Shown here: positions 10,227-22,196 of the stretch, one piece after another
Position numbering within the stretch: the first letter of the stretch is position 1
Layout of the letters: each line of letters starts with the position of its first letter
Source of the DNA: an uncultured delta proteobacterium
Lineage (GTDB): Bacteria; Myxococcota_A; Polyangia; Haliangiales; Haliangiaceae
Assembly (NCBI GenBank): GCA_963848295.1
Contig: CAWKDB010000010.1
Coordinates: 896,001 to 960,000 of the forward strand
Length of the DNA: 64,000 bases
Direction of reading: 5' to 3'
Notes under the pieces: generated by a model
Told to the model about the DNA's origin: nothing
Seen by the model: the letters and a program-made list of their open reading frames with translations, nothing else
The model's database searches: none
Translations under genes and position numbers: made by a program

Positions 10227-11695
10227 CTACGCCGACGAGCCGGAGCCACCAGCCCGGCAGAATGCCGAGCTCGAGGACCAGCAGCGGGCACAGCGCCATC
10301 ACGAACACGAGGCCGGCCGATCGCGTCGACTGCATCGCTTGGGTCGACTCGCGGAAGTACATCGCGGTGACGATCCGCAGGTAGTAGTAGATGCTGATCG
10401 CCGAGTTGACGATGCCGATGATCACGAGCCACAGCAGCTGGCCGTTGTACGCGTCCATCGCGGACTTGAAGATGTAGAACTTGCCGAAGAATCCGCCGGT
10501 CGGCGGCATGCCGCCGAGCGACAGGAGGCAGACCGTCATCGCGAGCGCCGCGGCCGGGATGTTGGCTCGCGAGCCCGGCCCAATCGTCGATCAGCAGGCG
10601 CTCTTTGCCCTTCGAGCCGACGTACGCGACCACCGAGAACACGCCGAGGGTCGTCACGCTGTACGCGATCAGGTAGTAGACGATCGCGCTCTGCGCCGAG
10701 CTCGAGCCGAGCCCCATCGAGCACAGCCCGACGAGCAACACGCCGGCATGCGAGATCGACGAGTACGCGAGCATGCGCTTGATGTTGTCCTGGCGAACCG
10801 CGGTGATGTTGCCGATCGTGATCGTCAGCGCGGCGATCACGACGAGCGGACTCGCCCAGCCGAGCGTGCCGAACGCCGCATCGCCGCCGAGCGCGACGCC
10901 GAACACGCGGATCATCGCGGCGATCGCGGCCGACTTGACCGCGGCAGCCATGAACGCGGTGACCGGGGTCGGCGCGCCGTCGTACGCGTCGGGCGCCCAC
11001 ATGTGGAACGGCACCGCCGCGACCTTGAAGCCGAACGCGACGACGAGCAGGAACGCGCCCGCGATCGCGAGGCCGACGTTCTGCGTGCTCGCGAGCTTCG
11101 CAGGCATCGCCGCGAGGCTGAGCGTGCCGGTCGCGCCGTAGAGCAGCGCCATGCCGTAGAGCAGGAAGCCCGGTCGCGAAAGCGCCGACGACGAAGTACT
11201 TCATCGCCGCTTCGTTGCCGCGCCGCGAGTGGCGGCGCATCGCGGTCATGACGTAGACGCCGATCGACATCGTCTCGATGCCGAGGAATACCGTGACGAG
11301 GTTCGACGCCTGCGCGAGCATGACCATGCCCGACGTCGACAGCAGCATCACGCCGTAGTACTCGCCGATCTTCCAGCCGTGCTCGCGCTGGTGCGCGGGC
11401 GAGATCAGCGCGGTCGCCGCGGTCGTGCACCGCGAACAGCGCGGTCAGCACATAACCCATCCGGTCGGCGACGAGCATGCCGCCGAACACCGGGTGTGAT
11501 TCTCCGGCGCCGAGCTGGCGGTACAAGATGATCGACGGCGATCGCCGAGGCGAGCGAGCCGGCGACGGTCAGGCCCGCGAGACCGGTGTGGTCCTTGCCC
11601 TTGTAGAATGCTTCGGCGAGCACGAGCACCATGCCCGCGACCGCGAGGATCAGGTACGGAACGAGCCAGCCGAGGTCCGATGGATCGAACGTCAT
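10227..11695 (-). CDS. nuoN: NADH-quinone oxidoreductase subunit N (split by several frameshifts)
   Basis: EAAMKYF, FKVAAVPFHMWAPDAYDGAPTP, IKRMLAYSSISHAG, PPTGGFFGKF across ORF pieces; stop position approximate. Confidence 0.9.
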
Positions 11696-13435
11696 CGCGG
11701 GGCTCCCTTCACACCCTCGATGACCGGCGGGTTCGTTCCGCCGGGCGCGGACGCGGGCGCGGGTGCGGTCTCCTCGTCCGGTGCGGGGACGCGATCGCCA
11801 AACGAGTGCGCGGTCGTCCGACAGCGCTCCGCGTCTTCGAGCTGCTTCGCGGTCGGCGTCTTGCCTGGCCAGCATTCGTCCGACCGCGTGTCGAAGTCCT
11901 TGACGAACTGATCGACGGACGGCTCCATGTAGTGGAGCAACGGCCGCGGGAACAAGCCCAGGCCGATGATCCCGACGACTAGCACGACGAACGCCAGCAG
12001 CTCGTGCGCGCGGAGGTCCGGGAGCTTGCCGTTGCTGCGCCTTGTCGAGCTTGCCGAAGAACACCTTCTGGAACATGAACAGCAGGTAGATCGCGCCGAG
12101 GATGACGCCGGTCGTCGCGAGCGCGCGCGAGGATCGCGCGGCGTCGGGCAGGAAGCTCGGATGACCCGCCGGGAACGTGTCGCCGGCGTTGAACGTGCCG
12201 AACAGCGTGAGGAACTCGCCGACGAAGCCGGACAGCGCGGGCAAGCCGGCCGAGCCCATCACGACGACCAGGAACAGGCCCGCGAACACCGGCATCTGCT
12301 TCCAGATCCCGCCGTACTCGGCTGAGCCGGCGCGTGTGGCGGCGCTCGTAGAGCACGCCGATGCCGAGGAACAAGCCGCCGGTGGTCAGGCCGTGCGACA
12401 GCATCGCGTAGATCGCAGCCCGACACCCCCATCGGCACGAGCGCGAGGATGCCGAGCATGCAGAACCCGAGGTGCGAGACCGACGAGTACGCGACGAGCT
12501 TCTTGACGTCGTCTTGAGCGAACGCGACGAGCGCGCCGTAGATGATGCCGATCACCGCGAGGATCGCGAGCGCCGGCGCCCACACCACCGCGCCGTGCGG
12601 GAACAGCGGCATCGCGTAGCGCAGGAATCCATAGATGCCGAACTTCAGCAGCACGCTCGGCGAGGATCACCGAGCCCGCGGTCGGCGCCTCGACGTGCGC
12701 GTCCGGCAACCACGTGTGGAGCGGGAACAGCGGCACCTTGATCGCGAACGCGAGCGCGAACGCGCGCGAAGCACCACACCTGCGCGTGGTACGGCAGCGA
12801 CACGGTCGACAGCTCTGCGAGGTCCGTCGTGTACGCGCCGCCGTGCGCCGTCAGGACCGCGCCGGCCTTGCACGTAGACGTAGAAGATCGCCACGAGCAT
12901 CAGCAGCGAGCCGACCATCGTGTAGATCACGAACTTGATCGACGCGTAGAGCCGGCGCTGACCGCCCCAGATCCCGATCAGCAGGTACATCGGGATCAGC
13001 ATCACTTCCCACAACACGTAGAACAGGAACAGGTCGATCGCGACGAACGCGCCGAGCATGCCGGCCTCGAGCACGAGCATCGCGGCGATGAACTCGCGCA
13101 CGTGCTTGTCGATCGCGCGCTTCGTGCCGAGCAGCGTCAGCGGCACGATCAACGTCGTCAGCAGCACGAGGAACAGCGAGATGCCGTCGATGCCGGTCTT
13201 GAAGTGCGCGCCGAGGCCCGGAATCCACTCGGCGTCGAACACGAGCTGCATGCCCGCGTACTCGGGCCGGAAGAACTTGAAGATCGCGAGCGACATGAAG
13301 AACGTCGTCGAGCGAGACGGCGAGGCCGATGCCGCGGTGGAGCGACGCCTCCGCCTTCGGCGTGCACATCACGAAGATCGCGCCGAGCAGCGGCAGCCCG
13401 AGCAACAACGGCAGTAAGAATCCGCCGTCGCTCAT
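11692..13435 (-). CDS. nuoM: NADH-quinone oxidoreductase subunit M (frameshifted), with C-terminal extension
   Basis: [57 protein letters not shown]. Confidence 0.92.
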
Positions 13436-15815
13436 GGCTTGGCCTCTTCGTCGTGCGTGATCAACTCGGTAACCTCGGTCATCTTCTGCGCGACCGGATC
13501 TTCGATGCACAGCGAGACGCGAGCGCCCGTGTTGTCGGGATCGATGACGACCGTCGGCGGGTCCGACGGCTTGTCCGCGTCGCCGTCGCAGCCGCCTCCG
13601 CCGTGGAGATGCCAGTGCAGCTTCGTCGCCTTGCCGGCGAGCCCTGCCCCGGTGTCGGCGTCGAGCTCGAGGTGCGTGCGATCGAGGTAGTGATACTCGA
13701 ACGACGCATGGCGATGGTGCGCGGTGATGAAGAACACCAAGGCCGCGCCGACGACGAGCCCCGCGAGGTAGCGCTGGACCTGACCGTTTTGGAACCAGCG
13801 CGACAGCCGGCCGAACAGGCCCACGACGAACGCAGCTCCGTTGACCGCGACGGTATCGATGATGAAGCGATCGACGATCTCGAACAGCCCGGTCGCGAGC
13901 GCGCGGAACGGCTTGACGAACACCGCGTCGTAGAGCTCGTCGACCCACAGCTTGTGCTTGCTCGCCTGGTACAGCGGCTTGAGCGGGCCTTCGACGAGCT
14001 TCGGCAGCGACGGCGACGGTGCCGCGACCGTAGAACATCCACGCGATCGCGATGCCGAGCGTGGCGACCGCGAGTGCGCCTGCCATCAAGCCGAACGTCA
14101 GGCCGTCGGGCAGCTCGCCGTGGATCGGCGTGCCATCGCTGAACACCGCGGTGACGCTCGGTCCGAGCCAGCGCGACAGGAAGTGGCCGACCTCGGCGAG
14201 CTGCGCGTGATGCTCGAACCAGGTGACGTGCGGCAAGCCGATGACGCCGAGCCCGAACGCGAACAACGCGAGGACGAGCAGCGGCCCGGTCATCGTCCAC
14301 GGCGATTCGTGCGCCTTCTTCGCGGCGTCCGAGCGCTCGTTGCCCGCGAACACCATGAAGTACAGCCGCCACATGTAGAACGCGGTGCCGAGCGCCGCGA
14401 TGACCAGGCCGCGCCCACAGCATCTTGCCGAACCACAGCGGCCAACCCGGCGTACCGCGCCCCACGCGCCGGACAGGATCTCGTCCTTCGACCAGAACCC
14501 GGCGAACGGGAAGATGCCGGCGATCGCGAGGCACGAGACCAGGAACGTGATCCGCGTGATCGGCATGTGCTTGCGCAGGCCGCCCATCGTCGTGATGTCG
14601 CCGGGCGTCGTCGAGCCGCCGTGCTCCATGCCGTGCATGACCGAGCCAGCGCCAAGGAACAAGCACGCCTTGAAGAACGCGTGGGCCGCGAGGTGGAAGA
14701 TCGCGGCGACCCAATTGCCGGTGCCCGCCGCGACGAACATGAAGCCGAGCTGGCTCACGGTCGAATAGGCGAGCACCTTCTTCATGTCGGTCTGCGCGAA
14801 CGCCATGAATGCGGCGGCGAGCGCGGTGATCAGCCCGACCACCGCGACGACCGCGAGCGCCGTCGTCGACGCCGCGTAGAGCAACGACAACCGGCACACC
14901 ATGTAGACGCCGGCGGTGACCATCGTGGCCGCGTGGATCAGCGCCGAGACCGGGGTCGGGCCGGCCATCGCGTCGGGCAGCCACACGTAGAGCGGGAACT
15001 GCGCGGATTTTCCGCACGCGCCGATGAAGAACAGAATCCCGGCCGCGGCGGCGAAGTGATCGTGCAGCCAGAACGGCATCGTCAGGACGTCGTGGTCCCG
15101 GCCGGTGAGGTTCGGAATGTCCGCGATGTTCGCGAAGTCCAGGCTCCCCATCCCGACCTTGTCGTGGATGAAGCTGACGTCCTTCGTGCCCCAGTACAGC
15201 AAGAACATGCCGAGCAGGAACGCGAAGTCGCCGATGCGGTTGACGACGAACGCCTTGCGGCCCGCGGTCGCGAACGCGTCGTTCTCGTACCAGAACCCGA
15301 TCAGCAAGAACGAGCACAGGCCGACGCCCTCCCAGCCGATGAACATGACCGGCATGTTCGCGGCGAGGACCAGGATCAGCATCGCGCCCATGAACAGGTT
15401 CAGGTAGCCGAAGTAGCGCGTGTAGCCCTTGTCGTGGGCCATGTAGCCGATCGAGTAGATGTGGATCAGCGAGCCGACGAACGTGATGATCAGGATCATC
15501 ACCGCCGACAGCGTGTCGAGCCGGAACGCGAGCTGCGCCTTGAATGCGCCGATCTCGAGCCAGGTGTAGACGGTCTGGGTCAGCCCGCCGTGCTTCCACG
15601 GTGCGTCATCGAGTGCCAGGCCGTCCGGCCCGATACTGTGGTGGGTCAGCGCGATGAACACGAGGTAGAATGCGACCGCGAACGCACCGAGCACCGAGCC
15701 GATCGCGACGAACGTCACCGCCGACTTCGACAGCCAGCGGCCGACCACGAGGTTGATCACCGCGCCGATCAGCGGCAGCACGGGCACCCAGATGAGGAGG
15801 TTCTGCGCGTTCCAT
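13432..15815 (-). CDS. nuoL: NADH-quinone oxidoreductase subunit L (frameshifted), with C-terminal extension
   Basis: GWEGVGLCS, KAFVVNRIGD, GKSAQFPLYVWLPDAMAGPTPVSALIHAATMV, HAFFKA, QNGQVQRY. Confidence 0.94.
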
Positions 15816-15818
15816 CGG

Positions 15819-16148
15819 TTAGTGCCTCAACGTCGTCAAACGATCGACGTCGACGTTGCGCCGGCCGCGAAACACCGCGACCACGATCGCGAGCCCGACC
15901 GCGGCCTCGGCGGCCGCGACGCCGATCACGATCAGCGCGAACGTGTGAGCCGACATCGCTTCGGTCCCGCCCCACATGCGCGCGAACGTGATCAGCGTCA
16001 TGTTCGCGGCGTTGAGCATGATCTCGACGCTCATCAACATGATGAGCGCGTTGCGCCGGATCAGCACGCCGGCCACGCCGATCAAGAACAACACCGCGGC
16101 GAGCGCGAGGAAGTGGCCGTAGCCGATGTTGAACAGGAGGTCGCTCAT
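15819..16148 (-). CDS. nuoK: NADH-quinone oxidoreductase subunit K
   Basis: RRNALIMLMSVEIMLNA and VAAAEAAVGLAI. Confidence 0.96.
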   Translation of the reverse strand: MSDLLFNIGYGHFLALAAVLFLIGVAGVLIRRNALIMLMSVEIMLNAANMTLITFARMWGGTEAMSAHTFALIVIGVAAAEAAVGLAIVVAVFRGRRNVDVDRLTTLRH

Positions 16149-16899
16149 TGATCGCCTCCCTGGTCGCGCTCGACCTCGGGGTCTTCCTCGAGCGGCCGAG
16201 CGATCGCGATCGCGCCGACCACCGCGACGAGCAACAGGATCGAGATCGCCTCGAACGGGAACAGGCCCGGGCCGAACAGATCGGTGCCGACCGCGGCGAC
16301 CGAGCCCCAGTCGTGACCGTCGGCGGTCGGCAGCGGAGCCGCATTCGCGACCGTCGGATTCGGGACGTGGACGTGCGCGAGCAGCATCACGAGCCGCGCG
16401 ACGAGATAGAGGATCGCGATGCCGCCGATCACCTGCCCGGCCCGGCCGGTCGGCGCGACCGGCTCGTCCTCGGGGCGGTTCAAGATCATGATGACGAACA
16501 CGAACAGCACCATGATCGCGCCGGCGTAGACGAGCAGCTGCACGACCGCGAGGAAGTGCGCGTACAGCATCATGTAGATCGCGGCGATGCCGAGGAAGCT
16601 GCCGACCATGCCCATCACCGCGACGATCAGGTTCCGCCGAGTGATCACGAACAGCGCGCCCCCGATCGACGACGCGGCGAACGCCCAGAACAGCAGCGCC
16701 ATGCCGGCGCCATGCGACTCGACGCGATCGCCGTGAGGGCTACGCATCGCCTCGGACTCCTGGTTGACCGAGATGACGTGGCGCTGCTCCGCGTTCACCC
16801 TCGCGCCTTCGCGCGCCGGTTGCGCGAACGCCTGGGTCGCGAACGCGAAGCCGAGCACGAGCGTCAGCAACGTGACCGCGGCGAGGATGCGCGCCGACA

Positions 16900-16900
<1 letters not shown>
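16145..16900 (-). CDS. nuoJ: NADH-quinone oxidoreductase subunit J with N-terminal signal-peptide-like extension
   Basis: FLAVVQLLVYAGAIMVLFVFVIM and PFEAISILLLVAVVGA; GTG at 16900 abuts the nuoF stop. Confidence 0.92.
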
Positions 16901-18217
<1,317 letters not shown>

Positions 18218-18228
18218 GTCGGCCGGCA

Positions 18229-18735
18229 CTAGACGACCTCCGACTCGGGGTGCGGCGCGGCCTTGAGCTCGTCGATGATCTTGCCGACGTCGCCGGGCTT
18301 GATGTCATGGAAGTACTTGGTGCCGACGACCGCGCACGGCGCGAACTCGCACGCGGCGATGCACTCCTCTTCGACGAGCTGGAAGTCCTTGGTCGATTGT
18401 CCGCGCTTGACGCCGAGCTTGTGCTCGAACGCCTCGAGCACGTCGTAGCCGCCGCGCAACATGCACGAGATGTTCGTGCACATCCGGATCGTCTGGGTGC
18501 CGGCGGGCTCGCGCCGGAACATCGTGTAGAACGTCGCGACGCCGTAGACATGCGCGTACGGCAGATCGAGCGTCCGTGCGACGAGCTTGAGCGCGTCGTC
18601 GGAGAGATAGCCGTGCTCCTTCTGCGCGAGGTGGAGCGCGGCGAGCACGACGGGCTGCTTCGAGCCGGCGGCCGTATAGCGCTCGCACAGCGCCGCGATC
18701 TTGGCCTGGGCGTCCGCGGAGAATTCGAGGGACAT
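18229..18735 (-). CDS. nuoE: NADH-quinone oxidoreductase subunit E
   Basis: VATFYTMF, CTNISC and ECIAAC 2Fe-2S ligands. Confidence 0.95.
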   Translation of the reverse strand: MSLEFSADAQAKIAALCERYTAAGSKQPVVLAALHLAQKEHGYLSDDALKLVARTLDLPYAHVYGVATFYTMFRREPAGTQTIRMCTNISCMLRGGYDVLEAFEHKLGVKRGQSTKDFQLVEEECIAACEFAPCAVVGTKYFHDIKPGDVGKIIDELKAAPHPESEVV

Positions 18736-18848
18736 CGGGCTGTTGCCTTCTAGTAAGCGAGCGGGCGAAACATAGAGGGCCCGAGCCCGGGAGGTCAACG
18801 GAACCGCCGCTCAAAGCGAACAGCAGATCCGTGGTAAATGGGTCGCGG

Positions 18849-19739
18849 ATGGCCGAGCTGACGCGGATCGAGCGGCTCGCGCTGCGCTTCACCGAGTTCG
18901 CGAACGAGACCCCGCCCGGCAAGTGGTTGCAGACCCGATTCCTGCGCGGGTTCTCGTACGTCTGGGTCCGCGCCCTGCTCGCCCGCCGCATGCTGTGCGA
19001 AGGGCTCGACGACCTGATGAAGTTGCGTCCCGAGGCCGGCGTGCTGTTCGTCTCGAACCACCGCAGCTTCTTCGATCAATACGCGATGCTGCTCGCTTGC
19101 TACATGGGCCCGGTGCCGTGGGCGAAGCAGCTCAACTTCCCGGTGCGCGCGAACTTCTTCTACGACGAACCGCTCGGCGTCGCGGTCAATGTGTTCGTCG
19201 CCGCCGGCGCGATGTATCCGCCGGTCTATCGCCAGGCCGAGCGCCGCGCGCTCAACGACGAGGCGCTCGACAAGATGGTCGAGATCCTGGGTCGCCCGGG
19301 GTCGGTGCTCGGCATGCATCCGGAGGGCACCCGCGGCAAGGGCGACGATCCGTATGCGTTCCTGCCGGCGCAGCCCGGCGTCGGCAAGGTCGCGCTGCTC
19401 GGCCGCCCGACCGTGATCCCGACGTTCATCCTCGGCCTCGGTAACAACATCGCCGAGGACATCAAGTGGAACTTCGAAGCGGTCGGCCGACGCGCTCACG
19501 CGGTGATCTCGGTGTTCGGCCCCCCGATCGACTACTCCGACCTGCTCGCCGAGAAGCCGCGGCCCGCCCTCTATAAGAAGGCCGCCGATCGGTTCATGGC
19601 CGGGATTCGCGCCGCGTCCGAACGCGAGAAAGCGCTGCGCGCCGAGCTCGTCGCCGGCCGGATCGCCGACGACGATCCGAGGTGGATCGCAAATCGCCAC
19701 GCGGGTGTGCTGTACGCGTTCGAAGGCAAAGAGCCGTAG
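18849..19739 (+). CDS. Lysophospholipid/glycerol acyltransferase (PlsC superfamily)
   Basis: NHRSFFD (HxxxxD) and HPEGTR motifs. Confidence 0.88.
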   Translation: MAELTRIERLALRFTEFANETPPGKWLQTRFLRGFSYVWVRALLARRMLCEGLDDLMKLRPEAGVLFVSNHRSFFDQYAMLLACYMGPVPWAKQLNFPVRANFFYDEPLGVAVNVFVAAGAMYPPVYRQAERRALNDEALDKMVEILGRPGSVLGMHPEGTRGKGDDPYAFLPAQPGVGKVALLGRPTVIPTFILGLGNNIAEDIKWNFEAVGRRAHAVISVFGPPIDYSDLLAEKPRPALYKKAADRFMAGIRAASEREKALRAELVAGRIADDDPRWIANRHAGVLYAFEGKEP

Positions 19740-19763
19740 CGACCGTGTTAACCTGATCGGGCA

Positions 19764-22133
19764 TTGCCGGTCGGGGAAGACGACACGATCGCGGGGAGCT
19801 CGCTGCCCATCGGGACGGCGACCGCGGAGAGCGAAGCGGGCGACCTGATCGCCGGCCGCTACAAGATCGTCCGGTGGATCGGCGGCGGCGGCATGGGCCG
19901 GGTCTACGAGGCGTTCGACACCGAGCTCGAAGAGCGGATCGCGCTCAAGGTCCTGAAGCCCGGTCTGTCGGCCGAGGCGATCGAACGGTTCCGCCGCGAG
20001 GTCAAGCTGACCCGGCGGATCCAGCACCGCAATGTCGCCCGGATGCACGACATCGGCGATCACGGCGGCGAGAAGTTCCTGACGATGGAGCTGATCGACG
20101 GTCGGTCGTTGACCAGCGATGTCGGGATGGCGCCGATGACGTGGGACCGGTTGAAGAGCATCGCCGAGCAGATGTGCGATGGGCTCGCCGCCGCCCACGC
20201 CGCCGGCGTGGTCCATCGCGATCTCAAACCCGATAACGTGATGGTCGAGCGGATCACGGGACGAGTCGTGATCACCGACTTCGGCATCGCGCGCAGCGAG
20301 GATGATCCCGGCGTGACCCGGATCGGCGCGGTGATCGGAACGCCGCGCTACATGGCGCCGGAGCAACTCGCGGGCGCGGAGCTCGACGGCCGCAGCGATC
20401 TGTTCGCGCTCGGTGTGATGTTGTTCGAGCTCGCGACCGGACGGCGGCCGTGGGACGGCGATACCGCGGTCGCGATCGCGGTCGCTCAGGCGACGCAACC
20501 GCCGCGCTCGCTCGAGACCGCGACCACGCCGATCCCGGCGTCGTTCATCGCGGTGATCGCCGCCTGCCTGCAGCTCGATCCAGCGCAACGGCCTGCGGGC
20601 GCCGGCGAGGTCCGAGCCGCGATCTCGGCGGGCGGCGAACCGCTGTCGTCGGCCGCGGTCGAGACCCGCGCATCGCGCAGCTCGAAGCCGCGCCACATGC
20701 TGACCCCGCCGTCCCCGAGCCAGACGGTCACGCTCGCCGAGCCGACGACGCTAGCAGTGGTACCGATCGCCTGCGCGCCGACCGACGAGTACCTGGCCGA
20801 CGGGCTGGTCGAGGATGTGATCGACACGCTGTCGGGTACGGTAGGCCTGCGCGTTCGCCCCGCTGGCATCGTCCGGACGCGTCCGGAGCCGGATGCGCGC
20901 GAGCTCGGTGCGCGCCTCGATGTCGATCATGTCGTGATCGGCTCGTTGCGCCGCACCGCTACCGGCCTGCGGGTCAGCGCCCGACTGGTCAGCGTCGCCG
21001 ACGGCTTTCAGATCTGGGCGCATCGCGCGGACTGCAACGAAACCGAGATCCTCGACCTCGCCGACGAGATCGCCAGCGGGATCGCGACGGCGTTGTCGAC
21101 GCGCGCGAGCTCGAGCATGCAGCGCACCGATCCACGCGCGGTCGATCTGTATCTCCGTGCGAAGGCGGAGCTGCGCCGCTACTGGGGTAGCCACGCTCTC
21201 GCCGCCGCCGACTTGCTAGCGCAGGCCGCGGAGTACGGGCCGGTCTCTCCACCGATCCTCGGCGCGCTCGCGTTTGCGCGGGTCCATGCCTGGGTCATGC
21301 GGGGACAGCCTGATCTCGCTCCGGCCGCGCGCGCGGCCCTCGAACGCGGGCTCGCGACGGGCCATGGCGAGGCCTATCTCGCGTCCGCGATCTTCAAGGT
21401 CAACAGCGGCGACCCGATAAGCGGTGGCCGAGACCTCGGGATCGCGCTTGCCCGCTCGCCGATGTCGGCGCTCGCGCACGAGACCGCCGGGCGGATCCTG
21501 GTCGAGGTGTCGACCACCGCCGAGGCGCGCCATCACTTCGAGACCGCGCTCGGCCTCGATCCCGGCCGGATCAAGGTCATCGCGACCGACCTGGCGCGCC
21601 TCGACGGCCTCGAAGGCAAGTGGGACGCTGCCGAAGCACGGTTGAGGCCGCTGCTCGACGATCCCGACCCGGCGATGGTCCAGCTCGGCTCGGTGTTCGA
21701 AGCGCGGCTGCATTGCTGGCGCGGCCAGCGCGAACAGATGTTGAACTTCGCCGAGAAGTTCGTGCCGCGGATGGGCGGCAACGCGGCGCGGATCGCCGAC
21801 TTCGTGAAGCATGCCACGGCGACCGGCCACGTCGATCCCGTCGCGTGGGACTCGTTCCTTGGTATCTACGCGAACCGGGACGCGGACACGCCGACGCGCC
21901 AGCAGCTGTTCGGGCTCCAGCTGCTCACCGAGATCGCGCTGATGTTCGGCGATCGCGATGCGGCCTTCGCGACGCTGTCGCGCGCGGTCGAGCGCGGCTT
22001 GATGGATATCGTGTGGCTCGATCACTGTCAGGCGTTGCATCCGCTTTATGGCCTGCAGCAGTTCTACGAGCTGCGTATCGCCGTCGCGGAGCGCGCGACC
22101 GCGGTGCTCGGGGCAATTCGCGCCGCGTCTTAA
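19764..22133 (+). CDS. Cytoplasmic Ser/Thr protein kinase with TolB-like and TPR-like C-terminal regions
   Basis: GGGGMGRVY, IALK, HRDLKPDN, DFG, APE all intact; YLADGLVEDVIDTLS...LRVSARLV TolB-like segment; no obvious TM. Confidence 0.92.
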   Translation: MPVGEDDTIAGSSLPIGTATAESEAGDLIAGRYKIVRWIGGGGMGRVYEAFDTELEERIALKVLKPGLSAEAIERFRREVKLTRRIQHRNVARMHDIGDHGGEKFLTMELIDGRSLTSDVGMAPMTWDRLKSIAEQMCDGLAAAHAAGVVHRDLKPDNVMVERITGRVVITDFGIARSEDDPGVTRIGAVIGTPRYMAPEQLAGAELDGRSDLFALGVMLFELATGRRPWDGDTAVAIAVAQATQPPRSLETATTPIPASFIAVIAACLQLDPAQRPAGAGEVRAAISAGGEPLSSAAVETRASRSSKPRHMLTPPSPSQTVTLAEPTTLAVVPIACAPTDEYLADGLVEDVIDTLSGTVGLRVRPAGIVRTRPEPDARELGARLDVDHVVIGSLRRTATGLRVSARLVSVADGFQIWAHRADCNETEILDLADEIASGIATALSTRASSSMQRTDPRAVDLYLRAKAELRRYWGSHALAAADLLAQAAEYGPVSPPILGALAFARVHAWVMRGQPDLAPAARAALERGLATGHGEAYLASAIFKVNSGDPISGGRDLGIALARSPMSALAHETAGRILVEVSTTAEARHHFETALGLDPGRIKVIATDLARLDGLEGKWDAAEARLRPLLDDPDPAMVQLGSVFEARLHCWRGQREQMLNFAEKFVPRMGGNAARIADFVKHATATGHVDPVAWDSFLGIYANRDADTPTRQQLFGLQLLTEIALMFGDRDAAFATLSRAVERGLMDIVWLDHCQALHPLYGLQQFYELRIAVAERATAVLGAIRAAS

Positions 22134-22157
22134 TCTCGGCTTAAATCGATCGCCGTG

Positions 22158-22180
22158 CACTTGCAATCGAGTCGCAAGTG
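22158..22180. promoter_or_regulatory. Palindromic operator upstream of the TonB-dependent receptor
   Basis: CACTTGC-N9-GCAAGTG perfect 7-bp arms, 16 nt before GTG 22197. Confidence 0.6.
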
Positions 22181-22196
22181 TCGCAGGGTCGGGCTC

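Noticed and set aside
8158..11152. Apparent NuoN-MalQ fusion ORFs
   Set aside because: Produced by frameshifts; the junctions are off-frame text, and a TAG and GTG sit side by side at about 10225-10229.
13952..15991. Long antisense ORFs (also 18795..20696, 28710..31478, 33862..35859)
   Set aside because: Shadow ORFs expected opposite real genes in high-GC DNA; Arg/His-rich with no recognisable motifs.
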